A stretch of DNA of 55,500 bases, counting the filler, from Catajapyx aquilonaris (Eukaryota): assembly GCA_000934665.2 (NCBI GenBank). It is 2 parts of 2 records of this genome, joined end to end, with 100 filler letters (N's around TTAATTAATTAA, not from the genome) between each part and the next. Parts side by side here need not be neighbours in the genome. Positions count along the whole stretch, not along the records: positions 1 to 27,713 come from JYFJ02005017.1; 1 more part is not named here. One strand, written 5' to 3'. The notes beneath the pieces were generated by a model. It was not told where the DNA came from and ran no database searches. It saw only the letters and a list, made by a program, of their open reading frames with translations. This document shows positions 1-9,873 of this stretch, piece by piece. How positions within the stretch are numbered: position 1 is the first letter of the stretch; every line of letters starts with the position of its first letter. A program made the translations under genes and the position numbers.

Positions 1-76
1 CTAAGGAGTACCGAAGAGTACCAAAGAGTACCACTGCAGGTGTACACCGGAGTACCGAAGTGAGTACCCCCTTGGC
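1..76. mobile_element. Right end of a MITE-like element (terminus ...CCCCTTGGC) with internal GAGTACC repeats, running off the window start
   Basis: GAGTACC occurs 5 times in 1-70. It ends in GTGTACACCGG-N21-TTGGC, the same terminal layout and spacing as the complete element at 23874-24041. It abuts the mariner remnant at its YSPDLAP-like motif. Confidence 0.55.
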
Positions 77-500
77 CAGGACAAACGAATATGCAGGGTG
101 GGGAACAGCAGTGGACATGTTATTTTTTATCAGGAAGTCCCTGACTACGCGTTGGGCAGGCGGCATTGTCATGGTGCAGCAACCAGTCTATATGTTCTTC
201 CACATCTCCAGCCATTTGAGCCTAAATCGTCTCAAACCATCCCAGTATAGGCCCTAATACTGACTTGCCGTTGACAGTTTTACCAGGAGGGAGAAACTCC
301 ATATGCACAATTCCTAAAATGTCAAACAAAATGATCGGCATTGAGTTGATTTTGCTGCAAACTTGACGCGCCACCTTCGAAGCTGTTAACCCACTCATAT
401 GTTATTGCTTGTCTCATCGAAAGCCTTGTTCAGCATTCGGTGGGTTGCATCCGAAGTTTTGTTGAGCTGGAAGCAAAATTTACAAACCACTGACAGGTGC
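74..500 (-). pseudogene. Degenerate Tc1/mariner (mariner-type) transposase remnant, internally deleted and frameshifted
   Basis: Minus-strand translation across frameshifts gives CKFCFQLNK/..DATHRMLNKAFDE..YEWVNSFEGG (N-terminal HTH region), SKINSMPIILFDILGIVHMEFLPPGKTVN, WLLHHDNA, and VRDFLIKNNMSTAVPHPAYSFVLA. These match the mariner motifs HHDNAP and PHPPYSPDLAP. Confidence 0.88.
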
Positions 501-900
501 AAAGTCCTTTCTACGGATTGGGGATTGGTACCGTCCTTTCTGTATTTTCACTGCTACTGGAGAAATTACTGTCAGCCAGAGGGAAACGGAATACTCGGGT
601 GCTGCACGTAATACAACAGTAGTTAGAATGCCATCATCCATGTAGTTCACCAGTGGATGTGGACGGGAAAGAATCCATAAGCTGCACTACACCATAATGA
701 TTCACCATAGAGTACACAGCTACTGGATAATTATTGCGAATAATGTAGACTGTAGAGTACTATAGAGTATGCTATATGCAGATTGGAGCAGATGTCTTGG
801 CCCACAACGCCTGTAGTTTTTCACCGAAATACTTCAAGGTGTATAATGTTTTAAATATGCAATTAATTTTATAGGGGCTTGCTCCCAAGTTCACCTAAAG

Positions 901-1332
901 CAGTGGTTACCAACCTGGGGGGCGTGAGAGGATTTCAGGGGGGGAGGGGGGCGTGAGGCCATAAGAAATAAGTAAAATAATGTAACATGTTTCCGCTTGG
1001 CGCTGCTGGAAATATGAAGGGACCGACTTTCCTACTTGCTACTTGCTAGTATCCGATGTGCTTACAGTATAGGAAGATTCCACTGCACTTTGTCAGCTAC
1101 ATTCACCTAAACTTGTGTGACCTTGAACCCCAAAAAATTTGCCTGCGGCGAGCTTGCTGGTTTCTGTTGTTTCTCCTATTTCGACATGTTTTCATTCATC
1201 AGTTATAAGAATATCTTTCAAGAAACCCTTGCTGAAATTTATTGGAACCGGAGAGGGGGGGGGGGGGGGGGGCGTGAGCGTTTGGTGATAACGAAAAGGG
1301 GGGCGTCATGACGAAAAGGTTGGGAACCACTG
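901..1332. mobile_element. Non-autonomous hAT-family (Charlie-like) element
   Basis: 16-bp TIRs CAGTGGTTACCAACCT / AGGTTGGGAACCACTG (1 mismatch). 8-bp target-site duplication ACCTAAAG (893-900) / ACTTAAAG (1333-1340). Subterminal GGGGGGCGTGA repeats. Confidence 0.9.
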
Positions 1333-2089
1333 ACTTAAAGGTTCATCCAATCACAAAAACTATCTATTAAAGAAGCACATTTTTTTGCTCTTAAAATCTA
1401 GTTGTACCATACTACAGTACCATACTTTCTTATATTGTATATACGTAAAAACTTTATTATTCAGTAAAACATCTAACACACAATGCGTGTAATTTCAAGA
1501 TTCTCTATATATGTTAATCATCCTCCTTAACCTAAAACGTAGAGGCTTAAAATTTTATAGCTTCTCTTTCCAGATTCTAAAATCGAATTAGGTAATTTGG
1601 CTCAGTGTGGTTTGGTTAAGATTAGTTTGGTATATTAGGGAAGCCGAGAAATAGTTTTTTGAACGGGACTTGGTAGGAAACGGAAGAACGGCCGAGTTTA
1701 GTCAACCTGAGACTGTAAGTACAGCATAATATGCTATTTATCTGTGAGGAAATGTAACTCTGAAAATCTCGTGTACAGAAGAGAGACGAGTTGGTGCTAG
1801 GCTACCATGTCTGTCATTCAGAGTTGTAAGCCTACCCAACAATACTCATTTACGGCATTTACGTAAGCGTCTCGAGGCGTCTGCACCCTTGACGTCCACG
1901 CAGACTATTGCGAAATATGGCAGGGAATTTAAAACGACAAAATTGCGTCAAGTTAATTGCTGCTGCACGTGGTATCCTTGGAAATGTAAGAATATGAAAT
2001 AAATGAGGCCTCAAAATTTCAAGTGGATGACCTTTCCTGCCCTGTGCATTTAATTGCGACGTTTAGGCTCAAAATTGCCCAGATGTGTG

Positions 2090-5000
2090 ATGGCCGAGCT
2101 TTGCGAAGCCAAATGTGCAAGGGGTGAAATTAGGTTGCACAAAAATGGACCCAAAAGTGAATCATCTAGTCAAAAGAGAGGAAAGCTAGTCGAAACAAAG
2201 GTTAGTGAGCACAGCAAGAGAGTGAATCACCCTGTATTTAAAGTACCTAACAAGATTAATTAATTTTTGGTGCAGATATCCGAAGATTTAATTCGCGATG
2301 AAGCCATCAGCTTAGAATCCGGCCACAAGCCCAATCCCGATGAACAACTAAAAGCCATGAAGGAAGTACCACATCAGTGGGACAATCTGTTAGACTTCGT
2401 AGATTCCTTGCCACACATACGTACGCCCACGCGTACGCCCAAGATCCGCCGTTCACCACGTGATAGCGCAACACATGTTGATTTCACCCAATTCGCCAAC
2501 AAAAAGCCTCAGGACAGTGGCAGTCTGTCTCCAGCAAAGTCTCCAAACATGAAAGAACAAAAGGCTAAGTAAAACAATATTATAGGGCTATAATCTATAA
2601 GTATATACAACTGCTTCTGTACTCGGTGTTAATGACCCATTATATCTGACCCTCATCAGCAATTACAAAGTGAGGATAACGACGGCAAAGGAAGCTGACC
2701 AAGTGGGTAAGCGTGAAATCATTCCTTCAAGGGATGAGGAAAACATCAAGAAGCGTGCAACAGGAGCTGATTTCACACAACTCGCCAACATTAGGCCTCA
2801 GGACAGTGGCAGTCGGCCTCCAAAGTCTCCAGACATGAAAGAACAGACGGCTAAGTAAAACAATATAGGGTTATAATCTATAAGTATGCTGCTTCTGCAC
2901 TATGTGTTAATATCTGACCCTCATCAGCAGTTCCAAAGTGAGGATTATGACGACAAAGGAAGCTGACCAAGTGAATAAGCGTGAAATCATTCCCTCAAGG
3001 GATGAGGAAAACATCAAGAAGCATGCAACAGGAGCAACGAGAAATTTGAAGGCAACACTCAATTACAAGATGATTTCTGCAGATGTGAGCTATTTCCGTA
3101 GATTATATACCAGTAATAATATTAATACTAACGTACAATATCCTGTTGTCCTGTTTTATTCGAAGCCATTTCTGCGATTTTCCCATTTCCGGTTCGGTGT
3201 CTTTTTACCTGCAAAGCCAAAAAAAGTATATTGCATCATTACGTTCCACAGGAAAATCAACAGTCGGCAGGTGAAGAGGAGGAAAAACTCACAACAAATG
3301 CGTATGCCTGTACTTGTAAGGCACCATGTCTGTGTGACAGTCAGTATAAGGAGAAAGTGATAAATGATTCGGCTGCACAACTTTTTCCATCAAAAAACAC
3401 GAAGGTAATTTCTGCGATTTTCCCATTTTCTGTTCAGTTTCTGTATATCTGCAAAGCCAAAGAAGTATAGCCAGAATTCCATCCTGCCGGCAGCGGCAGG
3501 AGCTTATGCACGGGGAGGATAGGCCGTAACATTAAACTTGTCAAAAGTCGGTAAAGTAAATATTTCTTGCTGAATTTTAAAAAAGGCCCATCTAGATAAT
3601 AATGTTAAGAAGGTAATGGCGCATGTTGCACATAAATACGCTGAGCGATACGTGATATATATCTCGCCCACTATCTTATGGGCATCCATTCTGGACAGAT
3701 TCACTCAGGGTGGAATTATAATTTTTATACAGTGAACGGAAGGTCGCAATGGAATTAAATTTAAAGGCCCATCGAGATATTTATATTATAAAGGGTCTCC
3801 AATAATTAGAATTACAAAATCTTTTTCCGTTAATGAGATTTTTCTCGCCGAAGATATTATAAAGCGGGTTGGTAGCATGTTGACCGAGTTCCGTTCTTGG
3901 CCACACTCTTCTCTTACGGGATATGCGTGGCGTTGCAGTCGCCGGTTGGCCGTAGTAACGGCGTTTGGCTCGTTACCGGTCCAGGGACACATGCAACAAT
4001 GGCATTTTGACAATGATTTTACGACTATACTAATAGTACAGCAAAGAAACAAAAGGTGAGAAATTCCCTGGCCACAGGCCACTGGAAGGAAGCATTGGAC
4101 ATGAGAAATTCTTCTGGAAGTTGGAAACGCACGGCTTATGGAAAGGGGCAACTGGGCTCTGGTCTATCCTGAGTCCTTACTGATGAAAAGACTGATATAG
4201 GGCTGTACCGGTAGGGTGGCATGTGGAGGGGGGGGGGGGNGGGGGGGGGGGGCGACAGGTTTGGAAGCCTTTCCCGACCTGAGGCCAAAATGAACCAAAG
4301 GTATATATGAGCCTTTTAGCCGTGACGTATTTGTTTGCCTTTTTTTTTCGCGGCGGCCATGTTGGTTGGGCAGAACCAGCAATGGCGGCATGCTGATGGG
4401 TTATTTCCGCAACAATATCTCGAGTAAGTAAGCCACACCAGGCTTTTTTTCGGTTCCAAATTGATGTGGAGGGGAGGGCCAGATTGTTGGCCGCCGTCAG
4501 GAGAGTGGAGAAGGTCGAGAAAAGTTGGTAACCCACCAAACATCGACGGATTTGCGGAGCTCACACTTTGCACAAAGTAACCATTTCCGGTGTTTATTTC
4601 CCTGCTGGAAGTTGCAGTGTGACTAATTAACCCTGGCGAACCTCACACACCGGCACAAACACTGCCAGCAACACGAGTTGAAGCGAGCCATTTACCGCGA
4701 GAGTATCGTATCGAGTATCGTATCGCTTCGTCTCTGTGTTTCTCCCGTAGTAAGACTTTTCGCGTAGTGCGGCAGTGGTTCCAAAGGGCGGGCCATGTCG
4801 GGGAGCCCCGCAGGTAGGCCACGGGCCAACCACGGGCCACAGCAGAGCTCATAAACCCCGGCAGACCTCAAAAACCCTGCCAACAACACGGGTGGGATAG
4901 GGGTTTTACCCAACCAACATGGCGGCCGCCTTTGTTGTGATGACGTAGCGTTAAAAGGCTCATAGGATTAGGTCTTTCAAGCAGTTACGGACAAGGCCGT

Positions 5001-5862
5001 TTTGGCGCTAGTTTCATGACAAAATTGACAAGAGTATTCCAGGTTGCCTATTACAAAAAGGTAAGGGAATCCTGGCTACTTGCATCATTACGTTCCACAG
5101 GGAAATCAACAGTCGGCAGGTGAAGAGGAGGAAAAACTCCCAACAAATGCGTATGCCTGTACTTGTAAGGCACCATGTCTGTGTGACAGTCAGTATAAGG
5201 AGAAAGTGATGAATGATTCGGCTGCACAACTTTTTCCATCAAAAAACACGAAGGTAATTTCTGCGATTTTCCCATTTTCTGTTCAGTTTCTGTATATCTG
5301 CAAAGCCAAAGAAGTATATTGCATCATTACGTTCCACAGGCAAATCAACAGTCGGCAGGTGAAGAGGTGGAAAAACTCCCAATATACGAGTATGTCTGTA
5401 CTTTTAAGGCACCATGTCTGTGTGACAGTCAGTACAAGAAGAAAGTGATGAATGATTCGGCTACACAACTTTTTCCATCAAAAAACACGAAGGTAATTTC
5501 TGCGATTTTCCCATTTTCTGTTCAGTTTCTGTATATCTGCAAAGCCAAAGAAGTACAGTATATTGCATCATTACGTTCCACAGGCAAATCAACAGTCGCC
5601 AGGTGAAGAGGTGGAAAAACTCCCAACATACGAGTATGTCTGTACTTTTAAGGCACCATGTCTGTGTGACAGGCAGTACAAGAAGAAAGTGATGAATGAT
5701 TCGGCTACACAACATTTTGCACCAAAAATCACGAAGGTCATAGACAGTTCATCAACTCGCTCGTCGGAGACGAAATTCTATTCTGTGATTAGCATGACTC
5801 CACCTGAAGAGGAGAACTACGAGTCTGCACTGACGTCTTCAGAGGATATGAGGACCGTTTAG
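2090..5862 (+). CDS. Predicted 8-exon gene for an uncharacterised ~497-aa hydrophilic protein with two Ser/Pro/Lys-rich repeats and four 51-aa Cys-containing repeats (YxCT[C/F]KAPCLCD)
   Basis: Exons 2090-2200, 2276-2568, 2660-2854, 2928-3084, 3252-3404, 5101-5253, 5340-5492, 5584-5862. All introns are GT..AG with compatible phases (0,2,2,0,0,0,0). Total 1494 nt with no internal stop; AATAAA near 6043. The true start could lie in a further upstream exon (acceptor at 2065-2066). No homology recognised. Confidence 0.68.
2468..3036 (+). repeat. Two-copy tandem duplication (~270-290 bp) spanning exon end, intron and exon start
   Basis: TGATTTCAC..CGCCAAC..CCTCAGGACAGTGGCAGTC..GGCTAAgtaaaacaat..ctgaccctcatcag..GCAACAGGAGC occurs twice, with GCAACA microhomology at the junctions. 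Confidence 0.9.
3468..5078. mobile_element. 1.6-kb non-autonomous DNA transposon with TAGCCAG termini (Academ-like ends, tentative) inserted in an intron
   Basis: 13-bp TIRs TAGCCAGAATTCC / GGAATCCTGGCTA. It splits the intron motif GAAGTA|TATTGCATC that is intact in the neighbouring repeat units. The TSD is ambiguous (possibly TA). Confidence 0.8.
4309..4961 (+). mobile_element. Nested non-autonomous element with an AT target duplication and a decayed THAP domain (ISL2EU/Harbinger-group-like)
   Basis: Imperfect inverted ends GAGCCTTTT..GACGT..GCGGCCATGTTGGTTGGG and its complement at ~4908-4961, flanked by AT on both sides. 4382-4570 translates with stops and frameshifts as MAAC*WV..NN..FFRFQIDVEGRARLLAAVRRVEKVEKSW*PTKHRRICGAH, a THAP zinc-finger pattern. 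Confidence 0.78.
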
Positions 5863-7302
5863 AGTAAAAAGAAATGCACATGCACCGAGATATGACCCCA
5901 AGAAGGAAAGTACATATCGGAAAGTGAAGGGAGTAGTAATAAGTGCCCTAACTTATTGCAAATCTTTTAAAAATATGATAAAACAGAAAGGGACAGGTGA
6001 TAACACATATAGCGTCATGGTTTGTACAGCAGATCAACAGAGAAATAAATAAAAAAAATAAGCAAAACGTTGCATGACATCGTGTGGTGTCACTCTTATC
6101 GCTTACGAGTAATTAATGCGACTTTGTTGCCTATTTGGAACAGAAAAATCTTATTCACATTGTTGCAGGTTGTATCCTACATTGGCTCTGCTTGCAAGCA
6201 AGAGCACATGACTCTGTTTTGGTCAAACCTACGCGTATATGCGTAACTCATATGCAAAACAGTTATACGAGCAGTAATAAGGTAATCAGCATGAATTAAG
6301 TTATTACCGTACGAAGGGTGGGAATAATGGTTGGGAGAAGAGTAGCCAAATAACTAAATAAGGAATATCCGGACGACCCTGACCATCAGCAGAATTCTCA
6401 CAGTGAAGTCAGGCATCCGTGTCCGTACACAATTTGTTACAGGGAAGTTTCATAATCTCACGTGCTCTGCCAACTGACGGATGCCATACTGTAGGTGCTG
6501 AATAGTTAGGGTTTTGTAGCTTCGCGGCTACTAAAACATTCTCTTCTCTTGTAGTGACATCTTGTGCCGAGTTCACTGGAGTACTGTCTGTAAGTCGTAT
6601 GTGGCTTTCCTCTGCCTCTCTCACTTGTCAGTCAATAGGCTTGCATTTATTGAAATGGTTAAGACCTTGAAAACAGGTTTATTTTATGCGATGCAGAATT
6701 CTTTCAATGCAGCTGGAAACATGTTTTTATACATCACCCCTAATTGCCGTAAATGTAAGAACTGTAAATGTAAAATGTAAGAATGTAACCTCACATAAAT
6801 CGCACAGATTTCATACACTTTAACCCCCTTCCTATTAGGGTGTTCAAATCATATAACGTCCGTAACGCGGACAGTAACCCGACTTGTTTCTCTCATATAC
6901 ATCATGCATAAGGTTGTTTCCTCAAATATACGGACGTTTAGATCCTTATTTCTCCCCTTCACAAGATAATAATATATTGGCAGGATAAAAGTGGCACATG
7001 ATGGACGAGTAGTTTTATTGACTCACTGCACCAATTAACTAATAATAATTATAGCCTAAGAATATTGCATGAAGGATATTGTCGAACAAAAAAAGATCTC
7101 AAATAATTTAGAAAGATGTGACAATATATGATATATCACTGACATTATGCAAGTGCAACCACACACAAAGAAAAAAAGTGAGTAGGCTGATTAATTTTGG
7201 GCGTCCAACTGAAAAAAACCATTAATTTTATCTGACAAACTTACCTTAATTAGTAGCCTGACTAACTAGGCCCAGTCAGCTGACCAGGATAGGGTAGTGT
7301 TA

Positions 7303-7433
7303 GGCCCGATTTCTCGAACAGTGGTTCAAATGTAAACCCGGTTCAAGTCAGGGTTAAACCCAGTTCAGCGTCTCTGAACTAGGTTTAAACCGGACTTGAC
7401 CTGGGTTTACATTTGAACCACTGTTCGAGAAAT
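7303..7433. mobile_element. Palindromic (fold-back) MITE, possibly PIF/Harbinger-derived
   Basis: ~60-bp inverted arms ATTTCTCGAACAGTGGTTCAAATGTAAACCC...AGTTCAG around a 5-nt loop (CGTCT), with about 5 mismatches. The left end is preceded by TTA|GGCCCG; the outermost right-end bases are not matched. Confidence 0.75.
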
Positions 7434-7517
7434 GAGGGGTGTGGTGGAAAAACATGATAACTGACATTTAATTTAACCTGTTCCCCAGCAGGCAGCACTG
7501 CTTGGATGCAAACAACG

Positions 7518-7586
7518 GAAAATTTTCGTCCCACTGCTAGTTAATGCTAACTTAGCAGTACTGTACCAGTGCCAATTATGGTACTG
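7518..7586 (+). repeat. Dispersed repeat fragment, also present at ~36943-37028
   Basis: CACTGCTAGTTA.T.CTAACTTAGCAGTACT..AGTGCCAA..ATGGTACT is shared by both loci. Confidence 0.7.
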
Positions 7587-8931
7587 TTAAATTCAAGATG
7601 CACCCATAGATTTTTAAAATGCTCTCAAACTTTATAAAGAAGTAACGTACTCGTATACCGGTATGTCTCCAATATTATTCCAAAAAGACATAAATGTCAA
7701 TCGTTCACGATGTAATCCTTAATGCATTACTCATTGAGAAGCATCGCGTAACAATTAAACTAATATGATGCATATGTCACATGACAAGGTATAATAATTA
7801 ATATACATAGAAGCGGGGCAGCTGATGAAAATATGACAAAACATATTCCGGATCCTGAGTGAAGGTGACAAATGTGAGCTGATGCTTGATAATAAACAAA
7901 CCCTCATTTCCACGAAGGAATTTGTCATGCGGAAATAGTTTCGATGGGTTGTTTCCGTGTTCGTGCTGTGGCCGTTCTCGTGATTCTCCCGCTTCCTACT
8001 GGTACCCTCATAATCTATTAGCAGCAGTCACTGATAATAAAGTTGGGGATTTTTTAAAGGGGATGCATTAAAGTTTTTATGCTTATACAGTTTAAAAAAA
8101 TTGAGACAATGAGTGGCTGATAGCTACTCTGCATCTAAAATGAATAACATCTCTGATACAGGATTTTATCTTATTGTCACCAGAGACTTGTATACAGGAT
8201 CTCGCATAACGCTGTTTTAATTTCAAGGATATCCCAAAGCGGGAAAGGGATGTAACTTAATTGTGCGACGTGAAAGGGTGTCCTGACCACACCTCACTGG
8301 ACTGAGGACATTTCGCCAGAGTGTACAGTACGTGTTCCAATCCCAGCAGGTCTCCACAATGAGTGAGTGTTTTTTTAACGTGGTGGTCCACATTCACCTT
8401 CCTATTACGAGTAGTCACTTTGAATTGCCTGCGTGTTATTGATATTTGGATAATTAACACGAAAACATAATATACTGTACATTGTATAAATACCAAGTCA
8501 AGGTTCTCATAAAAGAAATATCCACTGGTGCGAATTTTTTCGTTTTTGTTTCATTGCCTTATGTAACTGCATTGCAGCAGTATAATATACTGTACAATGA
8601 AATTGAGTGTCACGGTTCTCGGCTGGCATTGTCACGAGATTCCCAGTATTATACTGCCGGGTATACTCCATTCTTACTACGGTCCATCAGTGAGAGAAGG
8701 ACACAATCGCAAATCTCGGGTATAGGTAAACAAAAGCAGAATCGATATAGAATATTTGTATAATTTGTCACTATTTCTATATAAATGTAGATCTGAAAAT
8801 TACCGACTATCTATATAAACTATACTATACTATACTATACTATCATCTATAAAGTATTACTAAATAAATAAGCTTCATTAATAATAAAATTTATTAATAA
8901 GATGTAGAGTCAATAGGATAGGCTTGACGTA

Positions 8932-9055
8932 CAGCGGCGTAGCCATGCAGGAAATTTGTAAGGGGGGTTACGTGGGGGAAGAGTGAAGAGGCCCGCCGCA
9001 GGCGAATTTTTTTTTGGCTGTTCAAGCTCACACAAGCTTAGGTCTTAGGTGAATA
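8932..9055. mobile_element. Partial hAT-like MITE end sharing an internal module with the 901-1332 element
   Basis: Starts CAGCGGCGTAGCCA. 8990-9055 (CGCCGCAGGCGAATTTTTTT..GTTCAAGCTCACACAAG..TTAGGTGAAT) is the reverse-complement homologue of ~1101-1153. No matching second TIR found. Confidence 0.6.
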
Positions 9056-9873
9056 AAACTCACCAGTTAGTTATTTATTTTTAACTGGTTTGCATGCTGC
9101 TTGGTTACTTTCGTCAACATGCTCAAAATTTAGACAACCAAAATCATCCAAAACATTATATCCATATCCATTTTATTGACATCTGCCAGTTATTTAAATG
9201 AAAAAAGATGAAAAGGCCAGCAAAATGTAAGTTAATTACAACTGGCAAATGACCCAACAGACTCTTTGGGAATTGGCTGAAATATATACAAAGAGCGTAA
9301 TATATTCAAGGTATAAATACCAGAAAAATGTGTGCATGGGATAATGATTATAGTACAAGTTGTAGTCAAACTCCATATCCAACATTACATATTACATGGG
9401 AAAAAGAAATGGGTCACGATGAGAAGTAATTTTAAAACTCAGAAAAAAAACCCCTGCTTTGTTGCACTTTTACTGCGGTGGAATCCGATTCTAGCGAAGA
9501 AAATGGTGACACAAGCAGTAGTGATCGGCCTACTGATGTCCAGAACTGTAGATTAGTTTTTCCATATTTGTACTGACATCCTACATCACAAAAAATGAAA
9601 TATTTTTATGATTGTGAGAGCTTTGATTTCATTATTTTACTCGTATGTGTTAAAATATTTCAAACATAATCTATGCAGATTTTCTGTTAAAAATCTGGGT
9701 CTTTGTAAAAAACCTATAGAAACCCTTTTCCTAGGAAGAAACGAAAAATCAGTTTGAACTGACAATTTCAACATTCCTCCTGTTAGGGTATGAGTATATA
9801 TGGCATAGGAAATTTACCGTGCAATGTTGTAATAGGCTTCCTAGTTCATGTTAATGTATCTGCAACAGATGAA

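Larger units (their letters stand above)
3161..5741 (+). repeat. Four-copy ~239-bp intron+exon tandem repeat, with the first and second exon copies separated by a 1.6-kb transposon insertion
   Basis: Near-identical units (TTTCTGCGATTTTCCCATTT...TTGCATCATTACGTTCCACAG + 153-nt exon), with exon starts at 3252, 5101, 5340 and 5584. Confidence 0.95.

Noticed and set aside
3156..5715. Repeated minus-strand and alternative-frame ORFs (MCSRII.HFLL.., YCIITFHR..)
   Set aside because: These are shadows of the 239-bp repeat; only the ENQQSAGEE frame is bounded by in-phase splice sites.
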